Of a stretch of 64,000 bases of DNA, positions 31,069 to 40,571 are shown one piece after another. The notes under the pieces were generated by a model. That model made no database searches, was not told the origin of the DNA, and saw only the letters and a list, made by a program, of their open reading frames with translations. A program made the translations under genes and the position numbers. Where the stretch lies: positions 107,879 through 171,878 of the forward strand of contig CAVTUQ010000034.1 in the NCBI GenBank assembly GCA_963737905.1. Reading direction: 5' to 3'. The stretch comes from an uncultured delta proteobacterium (GTDB lineage Bacteria > Desulfobacterota > Binatia > UBA9968). Each line of letters starts with the position of its first letter. Within the stretch, counting starts at the first letter, position 1.

Positions 31069-32229
31069 TTAGTAGGACTTCGGCATCCCTAGGACGTGTT
31101 GGCCCAAGTACGCCAGGACTAAATTATTGCTGACGGGCGCGACCGTAAGAAGTCGTGTCTCGCGAAATTTTCGCTCCACGTCGTACTCGGTCGCAAAGCC
31201 ATAACCGCCGTGGGTCGTCAAGCAAGCGTTTGCTGCCTCCCAGGCTGCTTCCGAGGCGAGAAATTTTGCCATATTGGCTTCAGCGCCGCACTTCTCTTTG
31301 CGGTCGAATTTTGTTGCAGCCTGGTAACGCACGAGGTCCGCCGCTTCGACGTTGGCGTAGGCTTTGGCGATGGGAAATTGGATTCCCTGGTTCGAGCCGA
31401 TGGGCCGGCCAAACACAACACGCTCGGAGGCGTATTTCGCGGCCCGTTCGGTAAACCAGCGCCCGTCGCCGATGGCTTCGGCCGCGACGAGGATCCTCTC
31501 GGCATTCCAGCCATCGATGATATAGCGAAAGCCCATCCCTTCTTCGCCGATCAAATTCTCAATTGGAACCTCAACTCCGTCGAAGAAAAGCGAGTTGGTG
31601 TGGTGATTGATCATCAGATCCAAGGGCTTCACCTCCAGTTTTCCTTTAGCTTCTCTCAGGTCGACAATGAATACGGAAAGACCTTTGGTTTTGTCTTTGA
31701 GTTCATCGTAGGGCGTGGTGCGGGCCAGCAGCAGCATCAGGTCCGATTGGAGCACGCGAGAGATGAAAATCTTCTGGCCATTGATTAGATAACGATCGCC
31801 CTTTCGCGTCGCCGTGGTTTGGATGCGGGTCGATTCTGAGCCGGCGTTGGGCTCGGTGACACCGAAGGCTTGGAGGCGGAGTTCGCCGCTGGCGATTTTC
31901 GGCAGGTAGCGTCGCTTTTGCTCCTCATTGCCGTGTCGAAGGAGTGTGCCCATGGTGTACATCTGCGCGTGGCACGCAGTAGCAACACCGCCCGAACGGT
32001 TGATTTCTTCGAGGATGATGCTCGCTTCGGTGATGCCCAGGCCGGTGCCGCCGTATTCCTCGGGGATCAGAGCCGCTAGCCAGCCCAGCTCCGAAAGCTT
32101 GCGTACAAAAGCCTCCGGATAGTCTTTCTTGCTGTCGATTTCGCGCCAGTAGGCGTCGGGAAACTCCTTACAGACCTTTCTTATCTCTTCACGGATTTGG
32201 AGCTGCTCCGGTGTCAGGTTGAAATCCAT
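31069..32229 (-). CDS. Acyl-CoA dehydrogenase (methylsuccinyl-CoA dehydrogenase-like subgroup)
   Basis: [40 protein letters not shown]. Confidence 0.92.
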   Translation of the reverse strand: MDFNLTPEQLQIREEIRKVCKEFPDAYWREIDSKKDYPEAFVRKLSELGWLAALIPEEYGGTGLGITEASIILEEINRSGGVATACHAQMYTMGTLLRHGNEEQKRRYLPKIASGELRLQAFGVTEPNAGSESTRIQTTATRKGDRYLINGQKIFISRVLQSDLMLLLARTTPYDELKDKTKGLSVFIVDLREAKGKLEVKPLDLMINHHTNSLFFDGVEVPIENLIGEEGMGFRYIIDGWNAERILVAAEAIGDGRWFTERAAKYASERVVFGRPIGSNQGIQFPIAKAYANVEAADLVRYQAATKFDRKEKCGAEANMAKFLASEAAWEAANACLTTHGGYGFATEYDVERKFRETRLLTVAPVSNNLVLAYLGQHVLGMPKSY

Positions 32230-32269
32230 TCACACCTCCTATATTTACCGCCTAGCAGGCAGTTTGGCC

Positions 32270-32340
32270 TATGGCGTATGGCTTATAGCGTATGGTTCGT
32301 ATGTTCCAACTATATGCCATAAGCTATCAGCCATATGCCA
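32270..32340. repeat. Type A heptamer-repeat hairpin, copy 1
   Basis: ATGGCGT ATGGCTT ATAGCGT - loop TTCGTATGTTCCAA - ATGCCAT AAGCTAT CAGCCAT; second copy at 62820. Confidence 0.8.
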
Positions 32341-32385
32341 ATAGTTTATAGCGTAAAGCCTGCATAGCAGAAAGGGGAGAGCGTT

Positions 32386-32895
32386 ATGGCTGTCAAACCC
32401 GGCTGGGAAGGGCGCTTCTTCGAAGACTTTGAAGTCGGCGACGTTTATCGCTGCCGTCTCGGTAGGACGGTCACGGAAGCGGACAATATCTGGTTTACTT
32501 TGCTGACGAATAACACGAATCAGATTCATTTTAACAACGAATATGGCAAGCGCACGGAGTTCGGCAAGTGTCTGATTAACAGCGCGCTCACTCTCGCCAT
32601 CGTTGCCGGTATGGGTGTCGCCGACGTGAGCGAAAACGGTTTTGCCCTCGGTTGGGACGAAATTAAACTGCCCAATCCACTTTTTGCCGGCGATACGCTC
32701 TACTCGGAATCCGAAGTGCTGGAGAAAAGAGAGTCCAAATCGAAGCCGCAATGGGGCATCATCAAGGTTCGCACCCGTGGGGTCCAGCAAGACGGCAAAA
32801 TTGTGATCGACTATTCGCGCAGCGTGATGGTCTGGAAAAAAGCCCACGCGCCGAAGCAGGATTTGTTTCCGAAGATAAAGGATGATGCCAAGTAA
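32386..32895 (+). CDS. MaoC-family dehydratase (RipB/itaconyl-CoA hydratase-like)
   Basis: GRFFEDFEVG, GRTVTEADN, D-x-N...QIHF hydratase motif, PLFAGDTL. Confidence 0.9.
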   Translation: MAVKPGWEGRFFEDFEVGDVYRCRLGRTVTEADNIWFTLLTNNTNQIHFNNEYGKRTEFGKCLINSALTLAIVAGMGVADVSENGFALGWDEIKLPNPLFAGDTLYSESEVLEKRESKSKPQWGIIKVRTRGVQQDGKIVIDYSRSVMVWKKAHAPKQDLFPKIKDDAK

Positions 32896-32910
32896 ATAGG
32901 CTTAGACGGT

Positions 32911-32986
32911 TTGAACGATTGGAACGGCTTGAACTTTGAACGGTTGCGAGCGCGTTCAAGACGTTCAAGAGTTCAAGAAGTTCAAG
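32911..32986. repeat. Type B repeat hairpin (TTGAAC-like x4 / GTTCAA x4), copy 1
   Basis: Four TTGAAC-like units followed by four complementary GTTCAA units. Confidence 0.75.
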
Positions 32987-33004
32987 TCGAAAAATGAGGT
33001 GACA

Positions 33005-34205
33005 GTGGCAGCCAATTCTAAACCAAGCGGTGCGCTGGACGGCATCAAGATCCTGGCCTTTGAACAGGTGCTTTCCGGTCCCTTTGCCACCTGTCTTCTG
33101 GCGGACATGGGCGCAGAAGTGATCAAAGTCGAGCGACCCGGCGTCGGTGACGTTATTCGCGGCTGGGACTCCGTGGTTCGCGGTCTTTCTTCCGGCTATG
33201 TTTGGCTCAATCGAAACAAGCGCAGTCTCACGGTCGATGTAAAGAAGGAAAAGGGGAGAGCCCTGCTTCAAGAATTGGCCAAAAGATCCGACATCTTCTT
33301 CGAGAATTATGCGCCGGGCGTCGCGGGACGTCTCGGCCTTGGCTACGAAACGTTGAGCGAGCTCAATCCAAGACTCATCTACTGCTCTCTCTCCGGTTAT
33401 GGCCAGGACGGTCCCTACCGTGACGTCAAGGCCTATGATCTCCTCATCCAAGGAGAAGGAGGGATTATCGCCACCACCGGCTATCCCGACAAGCCGGCCC
33501 GAGCGGGTCTCGCGATCGTCGATATCGCCGCGGGGATGTACTCGGCACTGGGCATTCTTCTTGCGCTTTACCAGCGCGAAAAAACCGGTCGCGGCCAATT
33601 TATCGATGTCTCGATGCTGGACTCCATCGTCTCTTGGCTCGGTTATTTTCCGCATCACTACTGGCACGCCGGCGAAGAGCCGGCGCGGGTAGGGATGCGC
33701 CACCACTATGTGACACCCTACGGTCCGTATCTCGCAGGGGACGGGGAATACGTGAACCTTGCCGTTGCCAGCGCGTCGGATTGGGAGGTTTTCTGTCGCA
33801 AGGTGATCGAGCGGCCGGGGTTACTGGAAGATCCGCGTTTCTCGACCGTCGAAGGCCGGCGTAAAAATCGCGGCGAATTGGAAGAGACGATCGAGAAGAT
33901 CTTTCTGGAAAAGGATCACAACCATTGGCTCGCGCGGCTCAAGAAGGCCGAGTTACCCTACGGCGAGGTGCGGGGCATCGCCCAGGTGCTCGCCCATCCG
34001 CAAGTGATCGCGCGTAAGCTCATACGAGAGGCGGACTCGCCGGTGGGGAAGGTTCCGGTCATCGCCAATGCGCTCAAGATGTCGGGAAGCGAAGCGCGCT
34101 ATGAAAGAATTCCTGGACTAGGGGAAGACGAGTGATGCGATATTGAAGGAGCTGGGTTATGACACGGAAACGATCACGCAACTGCGCCGAGATCAGGTTA
34201 TCTGA
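33005..34205 (+). CDS. Class III (CaiB/BaiF) CoA transferase; frameshift near 34130
   Basis: GPFAT..LADMGAEVIKVE, NRNKRS, SGYGQDGP, AYDLLIQ, catalytic-region IVDIAAG; tail DAILKELGY...I* in a shifted frame. Confidence 0.92.
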
Positions 34206-34226
34206 ATAGAGAAAGGAAATAGGTCG

Positions 34227-34781
34227 ATGCGCAAGCCGGTAGTGGGGGTCATGGGCGCTTCGGAAAATGACGCCCTCAGCGAATCAGAAAAGGCGCGGGT
34301 TAAGAAACTCGCAGAAGTTCTCGGAGCCGCTCTGGCGCGGCACGACTGTATTTTGGTTACGGGAGCGACAACGGGTTTGCCGGATCTGGTGGCGAAAGCT
34401 TTCCGGAAGGGCGGTGGGTTCGCGCTGGGTGTTTCGCCGGCTCAAGATCGAAACGAACATCTGGAGCGTTACGGTTTGCCGGATGATGGTGCGGACGTTA
34501 TCGTCTATACCGGCTTTGGCTACAAGGGACGCAATGTTATCAACGTCAGGTCCGCCGATCTGGTGATTATTTTAGGTGGCGCAACGGGCACCCTAAACGA
34601 GTTCACCATTGCCTACGACGAGGGAAAGATAATCGGCATACTCGAGGGAAGCGGAGGAGTAGCTGACCACGTCGGAGAGATTATTGAGTTCTGCAAAAAG
34701 CCGACACGGGGTCTTGTGATATTCGATGGAGATCCAGAAAAGTTGGTTGAAAAATGCTTGGAGGCGCTGAGCCGTGTCTGA
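34227..34781 (+). CDS. SLOG/LOG-family protein (TIGR00725-like)
   Basis: VGVMGAS, TGATTGLP, TGFGYKGRN, GGATGTLNE. Confidence 0.85.
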   Translation: MRKPVVGVMGASENDALSESEKARVKKLAEVLGAALARHDCILVTGATTGLPDLVAKAFRKGGGFALGVSPAQDRNEHLERYGLPDDGADVIVYTGFGYKGRNVINVRSADLVIILGGATGTLNEFTIAYDEGKIIGILEGSGGVADHVGEIIEFCKKPTRGLVIFDGDPEKLVEKCLEALSRV

Positions 34782-34858
34782 AATGACAGAGAATTACGGT
34801 AGGCGAATTTCGGAACCAAAAGCATCGGTGCCATTTGTAAACAGTTCTTTTGACGGTT

Positions 34859-35429
34859 TTATCCGCGCTTGGCCTTATTCTGCGCTATGTAGCGTAGAGC
34901 GAACGTCTTCAGCCCGTCGCCTCTCAGGCCAATTTTCATTGCTTCGTCCAAAGCCTTTTCCTCGCTCCAGCCTTGTTCGAGCACACGATAAATCATCATG
35001 AATGCCCCGACGCGATTGGCCGTGGCGCAGTTAATGAGCATTGGGTGATTGGATTTTTCTTTGACCAATCGAATGAACTCGTCAGCCTGTTCGGCGCGCG
35101 GCGCCCTGGACAACACGGGAATATTGAAGTAGCGCAGCCCGGTTTTTTCCACGAGAGACCGCTCCTTTGTAAGATCGATGCCCTCCCGGGCGCGCGCAAG
35201 CTCAAGACGGAGTGAAAACCGCTGGCGGCGACTTTGGCGAAGGCCTGTTCAGTGGGTTGCCCACCGGTGGCGAAACTGCTGTCTAGGCAAAGGACGCGCG
35301 GCACATCGGATTTCAGAGTATTGTTCAATCTGGTCAAGACGCCCGCGATCTTTTTGTTGCTCTTCCGCGGCAATGGTTGAGGTCAGAAATCATAATGCTC
35401 GCTACTAAGACCAGCAGAAACTTATTCAT
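34859..35429 (-). CDS. Exported CX5R phosphatase/sulfurtransferase-like protein (DUF442-like); frameshifted
   Basis: GGQPT, VLSLR, INCATANRVG; hydrophobic N-terminus. Confidence 0.75.
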
Positions 35430-35470
35430 CGATATTGCCTCGTGGAATATTGTAGCACTCTGCCATAGGG

Positions 35471-36472
35471 TCATTGCAGCTTGAACAGCGCCGACGCTGT
35501 TTTACCCAGCATCGCGGTCTTTTCTTGCGCGGAACAAGGTGCCTGGCGAATCATTTCTAAAGATTCAGTGACGTTTGCCGCGGTTTTGCATTCCAACGGA
35601 TAATCGGTGCCGAACATGATGCGATCCGCCGTGGTGACATTGAAGGCTCCGGCCAGCGCGGGATGCCATGCGCCGGTTCCTGCGGTGTCGAAATAAAGGG
35701 ACTGAAATAGTTTCTCGAAGCGTTCCGTCAGCCCGAAACGCTTTTGTTCCGATTGGGTCTTGAGGTAGCCTTTCATGTCGCCGGGAATGTTGGCATCTTC
35801 GGTCTCAAAAAAAGCCATCATCCGCCCTTTGAGCGAGGAAATGGCGCCGCCAAGATGGGGCATGACAAAGCGTAGTTCAGGAAAACGGGGAAGCACGCTG
35901 TTCATCACCCGCACGATGGCCTGGGTTGTTTCCAGAGGCCGGAACACGCAGCGATCCAGGTTGTAAAGCGTGTCTGAGCCGGTGGGTTTTGACTGGGGAT
36001 GAATGACGATGGGCAGGTGGTGTTTCTGGATCACTTCGTAAAGGGGGTTCATCGTCGGGTTGTCGAGCTGCACATCGAGATGGCAGGCGAGCAGCGCCAC
36101 CGCCCGTAGTCCCAATTCGCTAATGCCGCGCTCGAGTTCACGCTGCGCGGCGTGCGGCTCATGGATAGGTAAATGGATACACCCTCGGAAACGCGTCGGG
36201 TGCTTTCGCTCAACCTCGGCAATGCCATCGTTGAGCAACCTGGCAACCTCCGCACCCAGCACCTGGACCTGGTCCGTCAAAATCGACACCGTAACCCCCG
36301 CTTCATCCATGACGTTCATGTGCGCTTCGAGATCTTTCCGGGAAGGATGGAGAGTCAGGCTGATTTCGTTGGTAACAATTCGTCGGCCGCCCGCCTGGGC
36401 GGCAAGGCGGTCGAACAGGGTCGCGGGCATGTAGTGGTGGTGAACGTCGACGATAAGTTCTGCCGAAGCCAT
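35471..36472 (-). CDS. Amidohydrolase_2 family protein (ACMSD-like decarboxylase/hydrolase)
   Basis: DVHHH, IHP, PHLGG, YFDTA, FGTDYP. Confidence 0.9.
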   Translation of the reverse strand: MASAELIVDVHHHYMPATLFDRLAAQAGGRRIVTNEISLTLHPSRKDLEAHMNVMDEAGVTVSILTDQVQVLGAEVARLLNDGIAEVERKHPTRFRGCIHLPIHEPHAAQRELERGISELGLRAVALLACHLDVQLDNPTMNPLYEVIQKHHLPIVIHPQSKPTGSDTLYNLDRCVFRPLETTQAIVRVMNSVLPRFPELRFVMPHLGGAISSLKGRMMAFFETEDANIPGDMKGYLKTQSEQKRFGLTERFEKLFQSLYFDTAGTGAWHPALAGAFNVTTADRIMFGTDYPLECKTAANVTESLEMIRQAPCSAQEKTAMLGKTASALFKLQ

Positions 36473-36591
36473 AATGAATGAAAACTCCTCTTCCTGTGAT
36501 GTGTTAGTCGAACGCTGTAACGTACGACACTCCGGCGTGTCGTTCAAGCGAACAGCCATAGTGGTGTTTCACGTAAGAAACGGAATAAGGC

Positions 36592-36621
36592 AAGGCCCGA
36601 ACTCGTTTTGAGTCGGGCCTT
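36592..36621 (-). terminator. Hairpin downstream of the Spy-like gene
   Basis: AAGGCCCGA...TCGGGCCTT stem; weak U-tract. Confidence 0.5.
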
Positions 36622-36646
36622 ACGGAATTATTGCGAGCTGAAACAG

Positions 36647-37156
36647 TTAGGAGGCTTGGCCCTGGGGCTTCTTAAAACCGGGATGACGCGCAGAGACGAG
36701 ACTCTTCAGTTGGTCGCGCTGCTGCGCCGTTAACACGGACTTGCCGTTTTCGAGCGCCTCCGCGCGCAGGTAGCGCAGTTCAGAGCGGAGTTTTTCGGCT
36801 TGCTCGATCTTGAGCTTGGCCTGGATGAGGTTGGCCGGCGTTTCCTGCAGTACCCCGGTTATCTCGCTTTCAGTGGCGCGTAGTTGCTCCTGGACCGGAG
36901 TGCTCTGCTCACGGAAAAGCGTGCGTATCTTTTCCAGATTCGCGACCTGATCCGAGCTCAGGCTAAGTTCCTTCTGGTGTCTCAGAGCGATGCTAATCCA
37001 TGGCGCCTCGGCGCCCAACATGCGGTGCATGCCTGGCCTGCCGCCACCGGGTTCCCCCGTGCCGGATTGGCCGTAAGCAGGCAGGGTCAACGAAGTTGTT
37101 GAAATCATTGATAAGGCTAAAGCTGCACTGCCAAAAACTGCGTAACATTTTCTCAT
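36647..37156 (-). CDS. Spy/CpxP-family periplasmic chaperone
   Basis: Signal peptide, LSLSSDQ and VLTAQQR (LTxxQ) motifs. Confidence 0.8.
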   Translation of the reverse strand: MRKCYAVFGSAALALSMISTTSLTLPAYGQSGTGEPGGGRPGMHRMLGAEAPWISIALRHQKELSLSSDQVANLEKIRTLFREQSTPVQEQLRATESEITGVLQETPANLIQAKLKIEQAEKLRSELRYLRAEALENGKSVLTAQQRDQLKSLVSARHPGFKKPQGQAS

Positions 37157-37352
37157 ACAGATCCTCCTTGGTGTATAAGACGATCTCCGCAGGGAAAAGT
37201 TTACACAACAAGGTGAAGCGTAACGGAGCTTTATCTGCTATTGGTCTTGAGAAGTTGGCTTTCGGTTAAATCTCGGATGATGTATTGACTAACAGTTCAA
37301 TTAGCGCTAGCGGTACGAACAGAATCCAAGTCAAATTGAAAGGAGAGAGTTT

Positions 37353-38015
37353 ATGGCACTCCATATCGGAGAAGAGGCTCCCAATTTTACCGCGGAGACG
37401 ACCGAAGGAACAATCAATTTCCATGAATGGATTGGGAACGGGTGGGCTATTCTTTTCTCGCACCCGAAAGACTTCACCCCAGTTTGCACGACCGAGCTCG
37501 GCTACATGGCGGGTCTCAAATCCGAATTCGAGAAACGGAACTGCAAAGTGATCGGTTTGAGCATCGATCCCGTGAACGATCACAAGAAATGGTCCAAGGA
37601 TATCGAGGAAACCCAGGGCCATGCGGTGAACTATCCGATTATCGGTGACTTTGATCTGAAGGTCGCCAAGCTTTATGACATGATTCACCCCAGCGCTAGC
37701 GGAACCGCCGAAGGGCGAACTGCGGCAGACAATGCCACAGTTCGTTCAGTGTTCGTTGTTGGACCGGACAAGAAGATCAAGCTGATGCTTACCTACCCGA
37801 TGACGACCGGCCGCAATTTCGACGAGGTACTACGTGTCGTGGACTCAATGCAGCTAACCGCTAAGCATCCGGTTGCCACACCGGTGAACTGGAAACAGGG
37901 TGATGACGTCATCATCGTTACTTCGGTTTCGGATGAAGACGCAAAGAAGAAATATCCAGCCGGCTTCAAAACGCTGAAGCCCTATCTCCGGTTGGTATCA
38001 CAGCCGAAACAGTAG
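37353..38015 (+). CDS. 1-Cys peroxiredoxin (Prx6 subfamily)
   Basis: FSHPKDFTPVCTTE, YPMTTGRNFDE. Confidence 0.95.
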   Translation: MALHIGEEAPNFTAETTEGTINFHEWIGNGWAILFSHPKDFTPVCTTELGYMAGLKSEFEKRNCKVIGLSIDPVNDHKKWSKDIEETQGHAVNYPIIGDFDLKVAKLYDMIHPSASGTAEGRTAADNATVRSVFVVGPDKKIKLMLTYPMTTGRNFDEVLRVVDSMQLTAKHPVATPVNWKQGDDVIIVTSVSDEDAKKKYPAGFKTLKPYLRLVSQPKQ

Positions 38016-38090
38016 CAAGTTTAGCGAAAGCGATGCGCCGTTCGGGTAGGGTTAACGGCCAAGATCCGGCCGTCCTGTGGCAGTCGATGT

Positions 38091-38124
38091 AAAAAAAGCG
38101 GGGTTCAAAGAACCCCGCTTTTTT
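38091..38124. terminator. Bidirectional rho-independent terminator
   Basis: A7-GCGGGGTTC-AAA-GAACCCCGC-T6 between convergent genes. Confidence 0.9.
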
Positions 38125-38143
38125 ACTTCCAAAGTCACATCAT

Positions 38144-38410
38144 TTAGCGCGGCATGATCTCACTGGCCCTCATCTGACCATCCTTCTCCGTATACTTGAT
38201 GGTTACCTTGGAGCCTTCCTTCGCGTTTTCGACTCCCTTGGTTTTGCTACCAATCAGGATGGTCTTTTCAGCATCTTTGGTTTTAACCTTGATTTCCTTC
38301 TCACCCTTGCTGACCACTGTGGCCTTCATTTCCATGTCCTGAGCGATTACATAGGCCGGAGCCAACGTGAGAGCCAACAGCATTACACCAATCTGCTTCT
38401 TTAGGTTCAT
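38144..38410 (-). CDS. Small exported beta-rich protein (OB-fold-like, unknown function)
   Basis: Signal peptide, AGGAGG RBS, GSKVTIKY. Confidence 0.75.
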   Translation of the reverse strand: MNLKKQIGVMLLALTLAPAYVIAQDMEMKATVVSKGEKEIKVKTKDAEKTILIGSKTKGVENAKEGSKVTIKYTEKDGQMRASEIMPR

Positions 38411-38472
38411 TCTAGATTCACCTCCTTTCGGTGGACGTGCTTAAAGTGCACTCTTTTCCAGCGAGTTTTGCG

Positions 38473-38489
38473 AGCAAAGTCTGCGCCAA
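38473..38489 (-). promoter_or_regulatory. sigma54 (-24/-12) promoter
   Basis: TTGGCGCAGACTTTGCT (GG-N10-GC) about 60 bp upstream of 38410. Confidence 0.6.
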
Positions 38490-38764
38490 TTTCTTGACAC
38501 CATCCGCTCACCTTGTTAATTTCGCGAGCTTCCACTTGCTGCTATTGATATCCCCCGAGCTGTGAGACACCAAATGACTAGATATTCATCTTGATATAAC
38601 GTTCTAAATCGTACTTGGGACCGACCCAATCTCATCCCCTTTTTGAATAGTTGTTGGAACTTTGACTGACTGGAGCTACCTACAAATTCGAGACGTTATG
38701 TGATGGCTTAATCATACGGTTTTACTGTGGCACGCGTCCTATTTAATCGGATCCGACGAAGAAA

Positions 38765-39040
38765 AATCCGTTCGTTTATGACCTGGCTTTTGGGAGGACG
38801 GGCAAGGACAATCTCTTCGAATTACAAGGAGATATGTGAAGCGCTCTTGCAGGATCGTATTCCGTTCGTGTCTCCTTAATAGCACGTGCTTATATAAGGC
38901 AGTTTTACCGGCTGGACTTTTTGTTGCTTGCAACTAAAGCTTAAACAATCCAATACAATGGGGGTTCTTGGCGTTTTTGCCGTAAGGTACCGAGCGGGGA
39001 CGTCTACGTTCAGATGGGTCAAAATTCAGAACCGGGGCTG
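38765..39040 (+). pseudogene. Possible ATP-dependent DNA ligase remnant
   Basis: Fragments FVYDL and RYRAG...RWVKIQN resemble ligase motifs IIIa and V; the rest is unreadable. Confidence 0.3.
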
Positions 39041-39046
39041 GAAAGC

Positions 39047-39535
39047 ATGGAAACGGAGGCGACGCTTTTTCAACAAGGCGGGGAGAAGGATCGACCAGCC
39101 GTGTATTTCATGCGGCCAAGTTTCGCCGCCCGTGTCGTTAACCGAATCTACGGTTGGATTACCAGCATTGGTTTTGGCCTCCCTAATAGCTATGTATTAC
39201 AGGTTTCGGGCCGTAAAACGGGCAAGATTCGATCCGTACCGGTCAATCTTTTAAGTTACAACGGCAAGCTTTTTTTGGTTGCGACTCGAGGGCATACCCA
39301 ATGGTCGCGCAACGTTCTGGCCGACCGCAAAGTAACTCTCAAAAGGGGCAGGCTGCGAACGGAGTTTAGATTGCGGGTGGTGCTGGATGCCGAAAAGCCC
39401 AAGATCCTTAAAGCTTATGTGATTCGTTTCCGCCGGATGAGCCGACGGTTTTTTCCTATCCCCGCCGCCTCGCCTTCGGCATCATTCGCGCCGTTCGCCG
39501 ATCGTTATCCGGTCTTCGAGCTAGTTCGTCTGTGA
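39047..39535 (+). CDS. Deazaflavin-dependent nitroreductase-like (DUF385/DDN) split-barrel protein
   Basis: LQVSGRKTGKIRSVPV, QWSRN, YPVFEL. Confidence 0.8.
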   Translation: METEATLFQQGGEKDRPAVYFMRPSFAARVVNRIYGWITSIGFGLPNSYVLQVSGRKTGKIRSVPVNLLSYNGKLFLVATRGHTQWSRNVLADRKVTLKRGRLRTEFRLRVVLDAEKPKILKAYVIRFRRMSRRFFPIPAASPSASFAPFADRYPVFELVRL

Positions 39536-39617
39536 TCACGCCTTAGACTTACCTTGCAGTCGCGGGCAAGATAAGCCAAATTTCTTAGAGGTCCTTAAAA
39601 GTAAGCAGGTCATTGCG

Positions 39618-40571
39618 TTGACTCCTAGAGAGATATCTGCCGCGTCGAGCGTCATCTCCGTAAAATCCGTTTCAAAAAAATTCGGCGACCGCTTGGCCGT
39701 GGATAATTTGGATTTGGAGGTCCCAGCGCAAGTTTGTTTCGGCCTTTTGGGGCCTAACGGAGCGGGTAAGACAACGACCCTGCGCATGATCTACGGCGTC
39801 ACCCGCGCAACCCGCGGTACGATCCGAGTCTTCGGCATGGAGATTAATCAACATCTGCGCCTTGTCCGCTCCCGGCTTGGCGTGACCTTACAGCAAAACG
39901 TACTCATCGAAGCGCTTTCGCCGATAGAAAACTTGCGCGTCTTCGGCCGTTATCATCTCCTGCGCGAACCTGAACTTTCCCGGCGCGCGGCAGAGTTGAT
40001 CGATTTTCTCGATTTACGTTCGCACGCCGACATTCCCGTGCGTCAACTTTCCGGCGGATTCCAACGCCGTCTTGCCATCGCCCTTTCGCTAATGAATCGG
40101 CCTGAACTTTTGATCTTGGATGAACCCACGACGGGGCTCGATCCGGCGGTGCGACTCGCCTTGTGGTCGCGCATTCGGGAGCTGCGCGCGGCTGGTACAA
40201 CGGTACTGATCACCACCCACTACATGGATGAGGCCCAGCGTCTCTGCGATCGTGTCGCAATCGTAGCCGCGGGCAGAGTCATTGAGGCCGGAGTACCGGC
40301 CGACCTTATTGCCGAAAGACTCGCGCCTGAAACGGTCGAATTTGATTGCACTCCACAGGAGGAAGCTGCTCTCCTGGACGGTTTCGTCCGGTCGGGCCGT
40401 CAGTTGCGAATAGGACAGCGGCTCATGCTATACGTCGACGACGCAACCCAGCTCATCGACAGGATTCGGCGCTATGACCAGGGCGACCGCCGCCCGATCA
40501 TTGTTCGACCAACGAATTTGGAAGATGTTTTTCTCTCCCTAACCGGAGCGAGTCTTGAGGGGAACTCATGA
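39618..40571 (+). CDS. ABC-2 type ATPase (NodI-like)
   Basis: GPNGAGKT, LSGGFQRR, LDEPTTGLDP, TTHYMDEA, NLEDVF. Confidence 0.92.
   Translation: MTPREISAASSVISVKSVSKKFGDRLAVDNLDLEVPAQVCFGLLGPNGAGKTTTLRMIYGVTRATRGTIRVFGMEINQHLRLVRSRLGVTLQQNVLIEALSPIENLRVFGRYHLLREPELSRRAAELIDFLDLRSHADIPVRQLSGGFQRRLAIALSLMNRPELLILDEPTTGLDPAVRLALWSRIRELRAAGTTVLITTHYMDEAQRLCDRVAIVAAGRVIEAGVPADLIAERLAPETVEFDCTPQEEAALLDGFVRSGRQLRIGQRLMLYVDDATQLIDRIRRYDQGDRRPIIVRPTNLEDVFLSLTGASLEGNS

Noticed and set aside
32911-32986. TTGAAC/GTTCAA repeats as a CRISPR array
   Set aside because: Units are 6-9 bp without spacers and form an inverted structure; no cas genes
27090-34140. Programmed frameshifting in macA, the OMF and the CoA transferase
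   Set aside because: No consistent slippery sites, and indels are widespread in the window, so sequencing error is more parsimonious
34227-34781. SLOG protein as part of an anti-phage system
   Set aside because: Stand-alone TIGR00725-like gene in a metabolic context with no effector or nucleotide-signalling partners
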